Shown: positions 18,652 through 29,692, counted from the stretch's first letter. The stretch is 64,000 nt of DNA from Gaetbulibacter saemankumensis DSM 17032 (GCF_000425645.1 NZ_KE384430.1:729492-793491), one strand, 5' to 3'. Numbers and translations: made by a program. The notes: a model not told the origin generated them from the letters alone.

Positions 18652-21003
18652 ATGTTTAAAAAGTTAATATACTTTGTAGTTTGCTTATTACCATATGTTT
18701 TTATTGCGCAAAATTATTCCGCGCAATGGAAAGGTCACTTTTCATATAATAACATTAATTCTGTAAGTCAGGGAAAGAGTAAGATTTATGCGGCTGCTGA
18801 AAATGCTATTTTTAGCTTGGATACTGAATCCAATAATCTTGAAGAAATAAACACTGTAAATGGGCTTTCAGGAGAAACAATTTCTACCATATATTACAGT
18901 GAGGAATATGAATTATTGGTAATAGGTTATGAAAATGGTTTAATTGAAATAGCTTTTGATAATTCTGATGATGTTTTAGCAGTAGTCGATATTATTGAAA
19001 AGCCAACAATTCCTGATGTCGATAAACGAATAAATCATTTTTATGCCTATGAAAATGTACTTTATGTCTCTACTAATTATGGAATATCTGTATTTTCTTT
19101 AGAACGTTTAGAATTTGGAGATACTTATTTCATTGGAGATGGAGGAAGTCAAATTCAGGTAAATCAAACCATCGTTTTCGAGGGAAATATCTATGCTGCT
19201 TGCTCCGATAATAGTGGTATTAGAATGGCTTCAATTGCAAATCCGAATCTAATCGATTTTAAAAATTGGACCACAATTGCAGGAGGGGATTTTGTTAAGG
19301 TGTCATTCAGTTATTCTAATCTTTATTCGGTTAGAACAGATAGGCGTTTGTACCAAATTGTCAATAACAACTTGATAGAATTAATTCAGTATCAAGATTT
19401 ACCATTAGATATTCGTTATATAAATGAAACACTGATTGTAACTACAAAAAATAATGTTTACATATATGATGAAGGATTCAATCTCATTTCTCAGGTTGGA
19501 GTTCCTCAGGAATTTATAACGCAATTTACCAGTGCGACTAGAGATCTAGAAAATATATATGTTGGGACAGTTGATTTTGGCTTATTAAAAACGGATTTGT
19601 TAAACCCCATGACGTTTGAGGAAATACATCCAGATGGGCCCTTGTTAAATAAACCATTTTCAATTCAAGCAGAAGCTGATGGTGTTTGGGTAACTTTTGG
19701 AGAGTACGATTTGTATTATAATCCTTATCCATTAAATAGTCGTGGTTTCAGTCATTTAAAATCCGATTTATGGATTAATACACCTTATGAAGATGTATTC
19801 GAAGCTAAATGTTTAAATAAAATAGCTGTTAATCCTAATGTTAATGATGAAATTTATATAAGTTCTTTTTTTAGCGGAATACTGCAAGTTAAAGATGAAA
19901 TTCCAGTGTATTTGTATGATGAAGCAAATAGCGGATTAGAATCTATTCAATTGCCAAATAATCCAAATTATGTGGATATTAGAATGGGAAGTACGGTTTT
20001 CGATAACAATGGATTGTTATGGTCTGTGACTTCACGAGTTAAAAGACCTTTGAAGTCATTTAATGTTATTACAGGACAGTGGAAAAGTTATGATTTTTCA
20101 TCTATTATAACAGATGCACTGAATGATAATTTAGGTTTTACTGATGTAACAATCGATTTTTCTAATAGTACTAAGTTTATAGCGTCATATTCTAAAGGGT
20201 TAATAGGGTTTAAAGAGAATAATGGAGGACAATCTTTAAAAGCTTTAAATGGTGAGGAAAACAATTTGCCGAGTAATTTAGTATCTGCATTGGCGTTGGA
20301 TAAAAGAAATCAATTGTGGATAGGGACATATAGTGGGTTAAGAGTCTTGTATAATCCGTCTAATTTTTTTCAAGAAAATGACATTAGGGTAGATGAAATA
20401 ATTATAGAGGAAGATGGTGTGGCTAAAGAACTTTTATTTCAGCAATTTATTACAGATATCAAGGTAGATGGTTCCAATAATAAATGGATAGGAACTAATG
20501 ATTCGGGCTTGTTTTATTTTTCACCCGATGGACAGCAAACGATTTTTCATTTTACTAAAGAAAATTCGCCACTTCCTTCAAATAGTATTAGAGATGTTTC
20601 AATCGATGATACGAATGGCATTGTTTATATCGCAACAAGTAAAGGGTTGGTTTCTTTTAAATCGGGAGGTTCAAGTCCCATAGAAAATTTAGAAAGTGCC
20701 TTTGTGTATCCTAACCCTGTAAGACCTAACTTTAATATGGTCGATAAAAAAGTTAAAATTAAAGATATTTCGGAGAATGTAAATATTAAAATTACAGATA
20801 TCGAGGGAAATCTGGTTGCTGAAGCGCAATCAAGAACTAATCAGCGCTATAATGGGTATAATCTGGAAATTGATGGAGGTACCGCTTATTGGAATGGAAA
20901 AAACTTGGCTAATAACGATGTGGCGTCAGGAGTGTATCTGGTTATGTTGTCAGATTTAGATACTTACGAAACTAAGGTTTTAAAAATAATGGTAGTTCGC
21001 TAA
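18652..21003 (+). CDS. T9SS-secreted protein: repeated beta-propeller-like (two-component-regulator-propeller type) region plus a C-terminal type-A sorting domain
   Basis: N-terminal signal peptide; a C-terminal roughly 90 aa ...VYPNPVRPNF...GVYLVML...KVLKIMVVR matches the Por/T9SS CTD. Confidence 0.75.
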   Translation: MFKKLIYFVVCLLPYVFIAQNYSAQWKGHFSYNNINSVSQGKSKIYAAAENAIFSLDTESNNLEEINTVNGLSGETISTIYYSEEYELLVIGYENGLIEIAFDNSDDVLAVVDIIEKPTIPDVDKRINHFYAYENVLYVSTNYGISVFSLERLEFGDTYFIGDGGSQIQVNQTIVFEGNIYAACSDNSGIRMASIANPNLIDFKNWTTIAGGDFVKVSFSYSNLYSVRTDRRLYQIVNNNLIELIQYQDLPLDIRYINETLIVTTKNNVYIYDEGFNLISQVGVPQEFITQFTSATRDLENIYVGTVDFGLLKTDLLNPMTFEEIHPDGPLLNKPFSIQAEADGVWVTFGEYDLYYNPYPLNSRGFSHLKSDLWINTPYEDVFEAKCLNKIAVNPNVNDEIYISSFFSGILQVKDEIPVYLYDEANSGLESIQLPNNPNYVDIRMGSTVFDNNGLLWSVTSRVKRPLKSFNVITGQWKSYDFSSIITDALNDNLGFTDVTIDFSNSTKFIASYSKGLIGFKENNGGQSLKALNGEENNLPSNLVSALALDKRNQLWIGTYSGLRVLYNPSNFFQENDIRVDEIIIEEDGVAKELLFQQFITDIKVDGSNNKWIGTNDSGLFYFSPDGQQTIFHFTKENSPLPSNSIRDVSIDDTNGIVYIATSKGLVSFKSGGSSPIENLESAFVYPNPVRPNFNMVDKKVKIKDISENVNIKITDIEGNLVAEAQSRTNQRYNGYNLEIDGGTAYWNGKNLANNDVASGVYLVMLSDLDTYETKVLKIMVVR

Positions 21004-21722
21004 TGCAGGTTTCTACTAGAGCTATCGTGCTGTCAAAATTAAAGTTTAAAGACAACGATTTAATTGTACGTTGTTATACAGAACAACTAGGTATTGTTAG
21101 TTTTTTAATTCGAGGTGTTTTTAAAAGTCATAAATCGAATAATAAGTTGGCTTATTTTCAATTGTTATCTCAATTGGAATTAAATCTTGTATATAAAGGT
21201 AACAGATCGCTTCAAGTTATAAAGGATACTAAAATTGGTTTTCTCTATAACAGTTTACAATCCAATGTATTTAAGAGTTCTATAGTTATGTTTTTATCTG
21301 AAGCTCTCTCAAGTGCCCTAAAAGAAGAAGAGCAAAATGAGACTCTTTACCGATATTTAGAAACTTCCTTACAATGGTTAGATTCACAGGACGATTATGC
21401 TAATTTTCATTTATTATTTCTTTTGAATTTAACAAAATATCTCGGTTTTTATCCAGATGTATCTGATATAGATTATCATTATTTTGATTTAAGTGAGGGA
21501 CGTTTTGTTGAAACTGATTATGGTAGGTATACAATTAGCGGTGAAAATATTACGGTGCTAAAGAGGTTGCTTCATATTACATTTGAAGATTTACCTGATT
21601 TAAAGATTAGCTCCAAGCAAAGGCAATCCTTTTTAAATATGATTTTGCTTTATTTTGAGTTACATTTGGGAAGTTTTAGTACACCAAAATCGTTGCAAAT
21701 ATTTAATCAAGTATTTAGTTAA
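21003..21722 (+). CDS. recO: DNA repair protein RecO
   Basis: The N-terminal OB-fold TRAIVLSKLKFKDNDLIVRCYTEQLG is typical; 239 aa; its start codon overlaps the upstream stop. Confidence 0.8.
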   Translation: MQVSTRAIVLSKLKFKDNDLIVRCYTEQLGIVSFLIRGVFKSHKSNNKLAYFQLLSQLELNLVYKGNRSLQVIKDTKIGFLYNSLQSNVFKSSIVMFLSEALSSALKEEEQNETLYRYLETSLQWLDSQDDYANFHLLFLLNLTKYLGFYPDVSDIDYHYFDLSEGRFVETDYGRYTISGENITVLKRLLHITFEDLPDLKISSKQRQSFLNMILLYFELHLGSFSTPKSLQIFNQVFS

Positions 21723-21724
21723 TT

Positions 21725-24136
21725 ATGAAATATGTAATTCTTATTTCAATTTTGTTTTTAAACTTTAAAGTAGTTATTGCTCAAAATATAAAGGTATTAA
21801 ATAAGCTAACTAATGAGCCAATCTCTGGAGTGGCTATTTATAATATCGATAAATCTGTTAGTACTATAACCAATTTTTTAGGGGAAGCCAATTTAGAGGA
21901 GTTTTCAACAAATGAAATTATTATTTTCAAGCATTTGTCTTACACAATTAAATCTATTCAGAAAGTAGATTTGCAGGGATTAAATCGCGTTTATCTTGAA
22001 TCGAATACCGAAGATTTAAGTGAGATTGTTATTTCAGCGTCAAAATTTAAACAACATAAAGATGAGGTGCCTCAAAAAATTCTTAGTTTAAATAAATCTA
22101 ATATTGAATTTTCTAACCCGCAGACAAGTGCCGATTTATTGGAATCGTCGGGGAGTGTTTATATACAAAAGAGTCAATTAGGAGGTGGGAGTCCTATGAT
22201 TCGTGGATTTTCAACCAACAGATTATTAATTACTGTAGACGGAGTTAGAATGAACAATGCCATTTTTAGAGGAGGTAATCTTCAAAACGTTATTTCTATA
22301 GATCCCTTTTCTGTTCAGAATACTGAAATAACTTTAGGATCAGGCTCTGTGATTTATGGAAGTGATGCCATTGGAGGTGTTATGAGTTTTTATACTCTAA
22401 AACCAAAATTATCAGTTGGGAGTGAGTTTAATATGAGGTCTAATGCGGTACTGCGTTATGCCACGGCAAATCAGGAAAAAACAGGACATTTCGATTTTAA
22501 TTTAGGTTTAAAAAAATGGGCTTTCGTTACTAGTGCGTCATATTCAGATTTCGATCATTTACGAATGGGTAAATATGGACCAAAAGAATATTTGCGCCCC
22601 GAATTTGTAATTACCAATAATGGTAAAGACCAAATGGTTGAAAATAAAAATCCTCGAATTCAGAGACCAACAGGTTATAATCAATTCAATTTAATGCAAA
22701 AAGTGCATTTTAAAGCGAATGAAAATTTCGATTTCGATTTAGGGATTTTTTATACTACAACATCTAACTACCCAAGATATGATAGACTGATACGATATCG
22801 ACGCGGAAATTTAAGGTCTGCCGAATGGAATTATGGACCACAACAATGGTTTATGTCGAATTTTCAAGTTACAAAATTAAGTAGTAGTTCTAATTTGTAC
22901 GATAAAATAAAGATTACGCTAGCATATCAAAATTTTAAAGAAAGTCGATTAGACAGAGATTTTCAATCGGAAATAAGAAACGTTCGGAAGGAAGCGGTTG
23001 ATGCTTATTCTTTTAATATGGATTTAGAAAAACTGTTAAGTTCAAAAACTGAATTTTTCTATGGTCTTGAGTATATTTTTAATAAGGTATCCTCAAAAGG
23101 TCATGAAGAAGATATATTAACAAATCAAAATGTTCCAACTGTATCAAGATATCCTAATGGAGCAACTTGGCAGTCTATTGCAGCCTATTCTAGTATTAAA
23201 TATAAACCAAATTCAAAATTTGTATTGCAGTCAGGAGTAAGGTATAATCATATATTATCACGGGCTAATTTTCAAGAGAATAATAGGTATTTAAATTTAC
23301 CTTTTAATACTTCAAATATTAATACCGGAGCACTTACGGGTACTGCTGGTTTTAGCTGGACTCCAAATCCTATTTTGCAATGGCGATTTAATTTATCGTC
23401 AGCTTTTCGTGCGCCAAATATAGACGATATTGGTAAGGTTTTCGATTCAGAACCTGGTTCGGTGGTCGTTCCAAATGATAATTTAAAATCGGAATATGCT
23501 TATGGGGGAGATTTAGGTGTGAAATTAAATTTTAATAAGAAATTTGTATTAGATCTCGGAACGTATTACACGTATCTTGATAATGCTTTGGTAAGAAGAG
23601 ATTTTATATTAAATGGAGAATCAGAAATTATGTACGATGGTACTCTAAGTAATGTTCAGGCTATTCAAAATGCCTCTAAAGCATGGATTTATGGATTTGA
23701 AATTGGTATGAAAATAGCGATTAGTAAGGGAGTAAATTTTACATCACAATACAATGTTATTGGTGGCTCTGAGGTTGATGGTAATATTGAAGTGCCAGTC
23801 AGGCATGTTGCCCCAAATTTTGGAAGTAGCCATTTAATCTGGACTAACAATAATCTTAAAATTGATTTGTTTGCCAATTATAATGACGAATTATCATTTT
23901 ATCAACTTGCACCTTCAGAACAAAGTAAAGACTATATTTATGCTATTGATGGTAATGGTAATCCTTACAGCCCGGCTTGGTATACTTTTAACGTAAGAAC
24001 ACAGTATCAACTAAGTTCGGATGCTAGCTTAATTTTGAGTTTAGAAAATATTACGGACCAGCGATATAAAACGTATTCTTCTGGAATTGCAGCTCCTGGA
24101 CGTAATTTAATTGTATCTTTTAGGTATAACATATAA
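21725..24136 (+). CDS. TonB-dependent receptor (carboxypeptidase-regulatory-like N-terminal domain, plug and barrel)
   Basis: Plug motif IRGFSTNRLLITVDGVRMNNAIFRGGNLQNVISIDP; 803 aa. Confidence 0.85.
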   Translation: MKYVILISILFLNFKVVIAQNIKVLNKLTNEPISGVAIYNIDKSVSTITNFLGEANLEEFSTNEIIIFKHLSYTIKSIQKVDLQGLNRVYLESNTEDLSEIVISASKFKQHKDEVPQKILSLNKSNIEFSNPQTSADLLESSGSVYIQKSQLGGGSPMIRGFSTNRLLITVDGVRMNNAIFRGGNLQNVISIDPFSVQNTEITLGSGSVIYGSDAIGGVMSFYTLKPKLSVGSEFNMRSNAVLRYATANQEKTGHFDFNLGLKKWAFVTSASYSDFDHLRMGKYGPKEYLRPEFVITNNGKDQMVENKNPRIQRPTGYNQFNLMQKVHFKANENFDFDLGIFYTTTSNYPRYDRLIRYRRGNLRSAEWNYGPQQWFMSNFQVTKLSSSSNLYDKIKITLAYQNFKESRLDRDFQSEIRNVRKEAVDAYSFNMDLEKLLSSKTEFFYGLEYIFNKVSSKGHEEDILTNQNVPTVSRYPNGATWQSIAAYSSIKYKPNSKFVLQSGVRYNHILSRANFQENNRYLNLPFNTSNINTGALTGTAGFSWTPNPILQWRFNLSSAFRAPNIDDIGKVFDSEPGSVVVPNDNLKSEYAYGGDLGVKLNFNKKFVLDLGTYYTYLDNALVRRDFILNGESEIMYDGTLSNVQAIQNASKAWIYGFEIGMKIAISKGVNFTSQYNVIGGSEVDGNIEVPVRHVAPNFGSSHLIWTNNNLKIDLFANYNDELSFYQLAPSEQSKDYIYAIDGNGNPYSPAWYTFNVRTQYQLSSDASLILSLENITDQRYKTYSSGIAAPGRNLIVSFRYNI

Positions 24137-24182
24137 TTAACCTTGTTTAATGATACTTCCCCAATACTGATTATTTTTTAAC

Positions 24183-24656
24183 ATGCATCAGAAAACAACT
24201 TTTACTTTAGACGAAGCTATACAGAAGTTAGAATATTATTGTGCCTATCAGGAGCGTTGCCATCAGGAAGTAGTTAAAAAATTAGAAGGAATGCACATGA
24301 TACCTGAAGCTATAGATGTCGTTGTAGTGCATTTAATTGAAAATAATTTTTTGAATGAATCCAGATTTGCGCAAACCTTTGTAAGTGGAAAATTTAGGAT
24401 AAAGCACTGGGGCAGGCGTCGAATAAATGTAGAATTGAAACGTAGAGGATTAAGTACTGTAATAATAAATCAAGCTTTAAATACTATAGATGAGTTTGAA
24501 TATTTAAACCTTTTTAGTGAATTAGCAGAAAGGAAAGTAGCCTCTATTAGAGAAACAAATATTTTAAAAAAGAAGAAAAAATTTGTCGATTATTTTCTGT
24601 ATCGCGGTTGGGAATCACACTTAGTTTATTCTAAAGCTAATGAGCTTATAAAATAG
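24183..24656 (+). CDS. recX: RecA regulator RecX
   Basis: 157 aa helical-repeat protein; YYCAYQERCHQEV and repeated (F/Y)xxxRF motifs. Confidence 0.75.
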   Translation: MHQKTTFTLDEAIQKLEYYCAYQERCHQEVVKKLEGMHMIPEAIDVVVVHLIENNFLNESRFAQTFVSGKFRIKHWGRRRINVELKRRGLSTVIINQALNTIDEFEYLNLFSELAERKVASIRETNILKKKKKFVDYFLYRGWESHLVYSKANELIK

Positions 24657-24666
24657 GTTGCTCTAA

Positions 24667-25524
24667 TTAAGATTTGTGAGTGTTTGTTATGGCGCGTTCA
24701 TTCTTCCAATTAATCCATTTTTGACCCCTCAGGCGTCGCATGGCATTATCAAAATTGCGCATTACAACCAAATTATATATGGCTTTACTGAAGTTTTTTG
24801 GGTTGCGTGCAATAGCTCTCAAGCTCATAGAAAATCCAGGTGTAATGTACCGCATATAATGCCAGTAACCTTCGGGCATGTATAGTACTTCACCATGATT
24901 TAGTTCTGTTTTAAAACCAGTTGCTTTTTTTAGCATCGGCCATTTTTTAAAATCAGGATTATTAAAGTCTATATCTTCTCTGGTAATTAGGGAATGTGGA
25001 ATTTTATAGAGGTATTTATTTTGTTTTTGATCGAAAAGGATAACTTCTTTCTTCCCTTCAAAATGAAAATGAAAAATATTCGCTAAATCAATATCATAAT
25101 GCATAAAGGTGTAAGAATCACGTCCGCCAAAAAATAACATGGGAATGCCTTTCATAAGGCGTAAACCAAAATCGGGAAATGAGAAATCTTTCTGTAATTG
25201 AGGGATTTCTTTAATGGCATTCCAAAGGAAAATACGATATCTTGTTGGTTCTTTCTTTAATAAATCTATGTATTCACTCAGCTTCATACGAGCGTGAGGT
25301 TCATTAAATCCGTCCTTATAATCTACAGGCCTGTCATCGTAAAGCGGAATAGTTATATTGCCTCCCAAAGCTTTCATATAGTCTAAGTCCCATTTGCTGT
25401 ACGCTGGCCAATCTTCAATAAAACGCTCTATAACCACTGGTTTTTGTGGTCTGAAATATTCGTTTAAAAAAGCTTCCTTGGTAATGGTTTTTACCCTTGG
25501 AATATCTTGTAGGTTTAAAGACAA
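24667..25524 (-). CDS. JmjC/cupin-like domain protein (putative 2-oxoglutarate/Fe(II) oxygenase)
   Basis: HYDID (HxD) plus a downstream YWHYM histidine, typical of the JmjC/cupin_8 iron-binding triad. Confidence 0.55.
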   Translation of the reverse strand: MSLNLQDIPRVKTITKEAFLNEYFRPQKPVVIERFIEDWPAYSKWDLDYMKALGGNITIPLYDDRPVDYKDGFNEPHARMKLSEYIDLLKKEPTRYRIFLWNAIKEIPQLQKDFSFPDFGLRLMKGIPMLFFGGRDSYTFMHYDIDLANIFHFHFEGKKEVILFDQKQNKYLYKIPHSLITREDIDFNNPDFKKWPMLKKATGFKTELNHGEVLYMPEGYWHYMRYITPGFSMSLRAIARNPKNFSKAIYNLVVMRNFDNAMRRLRGQKWINWKNERAITNTHKS

Positions 25525-25609
25525 AGTGTAATAAGTTTAGTGTGCCAAAGTTAATAAAACGTTATTAATTAAATATCTCATTTAATGTTGGAAGGTACAT
25601 TTTTTAAGT

Positions 25610-26584
25610 TTATTTAATTTCGAAAAAAGTATCGAACAATTTATAAAACTTTTCAGGTTCTTCTAAATAAGGGTTGTGCGCACTATTTTCGAACATTTCA
25701 AATTGCGCTTCAGGCATAAAAGTTTTGTACTGAATGTTAAACTCGGGGGTAGAAACACCATCGTATCGTCCGGCCACAATCATAGTTTTGGCTTTTACAT
25801 GTTTTAGGTCTTGTCGGTAATCCTGATTAATCATACTACCGCTCACATCGAAATCGCCGTCGCGCCCAATAATGGTAACGTAAACCTCATCCGACCAATT
25901 TCTATATGGTTCGTTTGGTCGATTACCTTTTATACTCGTGTTGTGATAGTAAATATATTTTGTGGGGAAACTTGCATATAATGATTTTAAAGGCTCCTGA
26001 CTCGAAACATAGCCTAAGGCTCTTAAAGAATCTACCTGCTTCCATTTTTCAGGGAAATGTGTTTTGGCATAGTGATTATAACTGTCGCAGTTGGTCTGCC
26101 ACATTGCGCCACTATGAAATCCACTAATTAAAAATAGTTTGTTAACATTATCTGGATATTTAATCGCATAAGCTTGGGCCGGAACGGTGCCGTAGGAATG
26201 ACCAACAATCGAGATTTTATCAAAATTTAATGCCTTTCTGAGACTTTCAATAAGGGCGACATCGTTTTCAACAGAATACTCTGAAGGGTTTTTGGCATCA
26301 TCACTTTTTCCACGGCCAAGGAAATCGAAGAATACTACGGTATGACTTTTATAATATTGTCCGAAGTTGGCCTGCATATAATCATGGGAGTTTCCTGGTC
26401 CTCCTGGCAGAAAAAAAATAGGGTCACCTTCGCCTTTAACTTCTACATTTATTTTATAGCCATCAATTTCATAAAACTCAGATTGGAATTTACTGAAAAT
26501 ATCGGGATCAATTTGACTATTTAAACTTGTATTGAATAAGAGAACAACAGTAGTAATACTAAATAGAATAGATATGTGTTTCAT
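25610..26584 (-). CDS. Secreted alpha/beta hydrolase
   Basis: Signal peptide; nucleophile elbow GHSYG; late Asp and His residues. Confidence 0.7.
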   Translation of the reverse strand: MKHISILFSITTVVLLFNTSLNSQIDPDIFSKFQSEFYEIDGYKINVEVKGEGDPIFFLPGGPGNSHDYMQANFGQYYKSHTVVFFDFLGRGKSDDAKNPSEYSVENDVALIESLRKALNFDKISIVGHSYGTVPAQAYAIKYPDNVNKLFLISGFHSGAMWQTNCDSYNHYAKTHFPEKWKQVDSLRALGYVSSQEPLKSLYASFPTKYIYYHNTSIKGNRPNEPYRNWSDEVYVTIIGRDGDFDVSGSMINQDYRQDLKHVKAKTMIVAGRYDGVSTPEFNIQYKTFMPEAQFEMFENSAHNPYLEEPEKFYKLFDTFFEIK

Positions 26585-26613
26585 AACGAATATTTGTATA
26601 AATATAAAGAAAT

Positions 26614-26648
26614 AAAAAAGCCCTTTCTAATTTATGAAAGAGCTTTAT
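26614..26648 (-). terminator. Candidate rho-independent terminator downstream of bioB (minus strand)
   Basis: The reverse-complement reads gctctttc-ataaatta-gaaagggc followed by tttttt. Confidence 0.45.
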
Positions 26649-26667
26649 CGTGATCGTTATTAAAGAC

Positions 26668-27762
26668 TTATTTTAGAGATTTAGCTTTTTCTTTAGCTAA
26701 TTCGTTTCTTTCTATAGTGTGATCTGGTCGACTCCATTTTGGTTTTTCTCCCAACGCTTCAAATCGAGAATCTTCGGCTTCAACTGTTCGTGGTTGAACT
26801 TTTTTTGTGAATGGTTTTTGCGGATTTAAGCCTAGTAATTTAAACATTTCCATGTCTTCGTTTACATCTGGGTTGGGGGTAGTTAATAGTTTGTCTCCAG
26901 CAAAGATAGAATTAGCTCCCGCAAAAAAGCACATGGCCTGGCCTTCACGCGACATTTGTGTTCTACCTGCGCTTAAACGCACCTGGGTTTCGGGCATCAC
27001 AATTCTGGTAGTAGCTACCATACGAACCATATCCCATATAGAAACTGGTTTTTGGTCTTCAAGTGGGGTGCCTTCAACAGCAACTAAGGCATTTATGGGA
27101 ACGGATTCGGGTTGCGGGTTTAAAGTAGACAGAGCAACTAACATTCCTGCACGGTCTTCTTCCTTTTCGCCCATGCCAATTATACCGCCACTACATACGG
27201 TTACATTCGTTTTTCGTACGTTATCTATAGTTTCTAAACGATCTTCAAAACCACGTGTAGAAATCACTTCTTTATAATATTCTTCCGAAGAATCTAAATT
27301 GTGATTATAAGCATATAATCCAGCTTCGGCTAATCGTTTTGCTTGATTTTCGGTAAGCATACCTAAAGTACAGCAAACTTCCATGTCAAGCTTATTAATC
27401 GTGCGCACCATCTCTAATACCTGATCGAATTCTTCGCCATCTTTTACGTTACGCCATGCAGCTCCCATACAAACGCGTGAACTTCCACCAGATTTGGCAC
27501 GAAGCGCTTGTACTTTTACCTGTTGAACCGTCATTAAATCGTTACCTTCAATATTGGTGTGGTAACGGGCTGCTTGGGGACAATAACCACAATCTTCTGA
27601 ACAACCTCCTGTTTTTATAGATACCAAAGTACTTACCTGAACTGTATTTGGGTCGTGGTGCAATCTATGAATAGTGGCAGCCTCATATAATAACTCCATT
27701 AATGGTTTGTTATATATGTCTAGAATTTCTTCTTTGGTCCAATCGTGTTTTGTTGTACTCAT
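26668..27762 (-). CDS. bioB: Biotin synthase
   Basis: Radical-SAM CSEDCGYCPQ motif plus BioB-conserved regions; a charged C-terminal tail. Confidence 0.95.
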   Translation of the reverse strand: MSTTKHDWTKEEILDIYNKPLMELLYEAATIHRLHHDPNTVQVSTLVSIKTGGCSEDCGYCPQAARYHTNIEGNDLMTVQQVKVQALRAKSGGSSRVCMGAAWRNVKDGEEFDQVLEMVRTINKLDMEVCCTLGMLTENQAKRLAEAGLYAYNHNLDSSEEYYKEVISTRGFEDRLETIDNVRKTNVTVCSGGIIGMGEKEEDRAGMLVALSTLNPQPESVPINALVAVEGTPLEDQKPVSIWDMVRMVATTRIVMPETQVRLSAGRTQMSREGQAMCFFAGANSIFAGDKLLTTPNPDVNEDMEMFKLLGLNPQKPFTKKVQPRTVEAEDSRFEALGEKPKWSRPDHTIERNELAKEKAKSLK

Positions 27763-27805
27763 AATTGTATTTTGTTAGTCAGCTATAATGGCTTAATCGA
27801 TTAAT

Positions 27806-29659
27806 TTAAATAAAGTTATAACGTAATCCAAATAACATATTACTTGGAGGCATCGGTACAATCCCTGTTTCGATATAATCTTCGTTAAAGATATTGTTTG
27901 CTGTTAGGCTTAATTCAAATTGTTTTAAATTTAATACAGCCGAAGCATCCCAAACATTATAACTTAACCCTTGTGTACGTTCGGCATATTTATAAATCAC
28001 ATTAAAATTGAATGATTTGGTGATTTTTGTCATTAAACGTGATGTAAAATGATGTTTTAAAGAGTTTATCGAATATCTTGAAAAATTTAGATTTAAGTTG
28101 CCAACTTCATCTTCCATGAAGGTATAACCAATCGCTAGATTTTGCTGAAGATTGTTTACTGTAAAATTGTATGAGGTGTTAATTTCAAAACCTTTCGTGT
28201 ATAAATCTCTTAAATTTTGAGCCACAAAAGGATCAGATTCTACATCCTTCACATAATCAATTAAGCTACTGGCATCTTTATAAAATAAAGCAAATGAGGC
28301 ATTAAATTTCGATGAGAAATATTTTCCACCTAACTCGCCGGATAGGGCCTCTTCTGGTTTCAAATTTTCATTTCCAAGGGTTACGGGGTCCCTATAATAT
28401 AAATCGGTATAGGTTGGTACACGATAGGTATAACCCGCATTTCCATAAAGTCTGAAGTTAGGAGATACCTGACAGCCTATATCGATACCTGGGAAAGCAT
28501 GAAATTTAAAATCTGAAAAATACGTAACGGCCACTCCAGGAGTAATGTCGACTAATTCATTAAATACTTTAAATCGGTGTTCTAAAAAGGCTGTTGCCAT
28601 AAAACGCTGGCGATTACCTAAGCTGTTACTGCTCATAGTAATCTGAGATACGTCCAATCCAAATCCGGTTATACCCAAACTTGAGGTGTAAGATGTATTT
28701 ACATCGGCACCCAATTTATTGCTAATGTGTAGGTTTCTATAAAAGTTGGGTTCATTGCGTTTTAATAAGAATATATCTTGATTACGCTTCCAGTATATAC
28801 GAGGTGCTATCTTGAAATTATTCGATTTGAATGTAGTTGAAAGGCCAATTAAACTATTTTGGGTTTCTTCATATTCATTAAAATTGGGATTTGTGGTATA
28901 GAAGTTTTCGGCACCAAATTTTCTTTCGAAAAAGGTTGAAATCATTTCAATAGGTTGTGCATTTTTATTGAATACACTCTTCAAAAAATAATTCGAATTG
29001 TCATAATCTGAATTTATTCTATACCCTCCTGAGGTTAATTTGCCTATATGCGCAATATGGTTTGAATTTTTTAGATTAGAACCAAAAGTTACCGAGCCAT
29101 TTAACTGATTAAAAGAACCCGCTTCTACATGTGCTGAAACACTATTATTCAATTCATTTTTAGTGACAATATTTATAGCTCCAGCAAAAGCATTTTGACC
29201 AAAGGCACGTGCCGCTGGACCTTTAATAATTTCAATGCGTTCTATCACTTCAATAGGTAATGCGGCATTCATAGTATGATGTCCTGTTTGTGCATCGTCC
29301 ATTTTAATACCATCTATTAATAAAAGTGTTTGGTCAAAACTACCGCCACGAATATATAAATCGGCTTGACTACCAGCTGTACCGCGTCTTCTAATATCTA
29401 TACCTGCGATTTGTTGTAATAAGTCAGCAACATTGGTAGCAGCACTGTTTTTAATATCTTCCGAAGAAATAACCGTAATAGTTCGAGAGTTCTTTTTAAA
29501 AGGCAGGTCGATACGTGTTGAGGTAATAGTGACTTCCTCTAAAGAGTTTACTTTAACGGTTTCAGTTTGTGCATTTGTTTGAAAGCTATAGATTAAAACT
29601 AATACTATATAGGCTATTTTGTTCTGCATGAATGTGTTTGGATTTAAAAAGCAAAACAA
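27806..29659 (-). CDS. TonB-dependent receptor (617 aa, BtuB/small-ligand size class)
   Basis: Signal peptide; plug motif DGIKMDDAQTGHHTMN; barrel; C-terminal LFGLRYNFI. Confidence 0.85.
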   Translation of the reverse strand: MFCFLNPNTFMQNKIAYIVLVLIYSFQTNAQTETVKVNSLEEVTITSTRIDLPFKKNSRTITVISSEDIKNSAATNVADLLQQIAGIDIRRRGTAGSQADLYIRGGSFDQTLLLIDGIKMDDAQTGHHTMNAALPIEVIERIEIIKGPAARAFGQNAFAGAINIVTKNELNNSVSAHVEAGSFNQLNGSVTFGSNLKNSNHIAHIGKLTSGGYRINSDYDNSNYFLKSVFNKNAQPIEMISTFFERKFGAENFYTTNPNFNEYEETQNSLIGLSTTFKSNNFKIAPRIYWKRNQDIFLLKRNEPNFYRNLHISNKLGADVNTSYTSSLGITGFGLDVSQITMSSNSLGNRQRFMATAFLEHRFKVFNELVDITPGVAVTYFSDFKFHAFPGIDIGCQVSPNFRLYGNAGYTYRVPTYTDLYYRDPVTLGNENLKPEEALSGELGGKYFSSKFNASFALFYKDASSLIDYVKDVESDPFVAQNLRDLYTKGFEINTSYNFTVNNLQQNLAIGYTFMEDEVGNLNLNFSRYSINSLKHHFTSRLMTKITKSFNFNVIYKYAERTQGLSYNVWDASAVLNLKQFELSLTANNIFNEDYIETGIVPMPPSNMLFGLRYNFI

Positions 29660-29674
29660 ATGTCGTAACTTAGC

Positions 29675-29692
29675 GGACTATTAAACTAGTCC
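29675..29692. promoter_or_regulatory. Inverted repeat GGACTA-N6-TAGTCC with a third TAGTCC half-site at 29710-29715. Candidate MocR operator in a 36 bp divergent intergenic region.
   Basis: Read directly; it lies between the TonB-receptor start and the MocR start. Confidence 0.35.
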
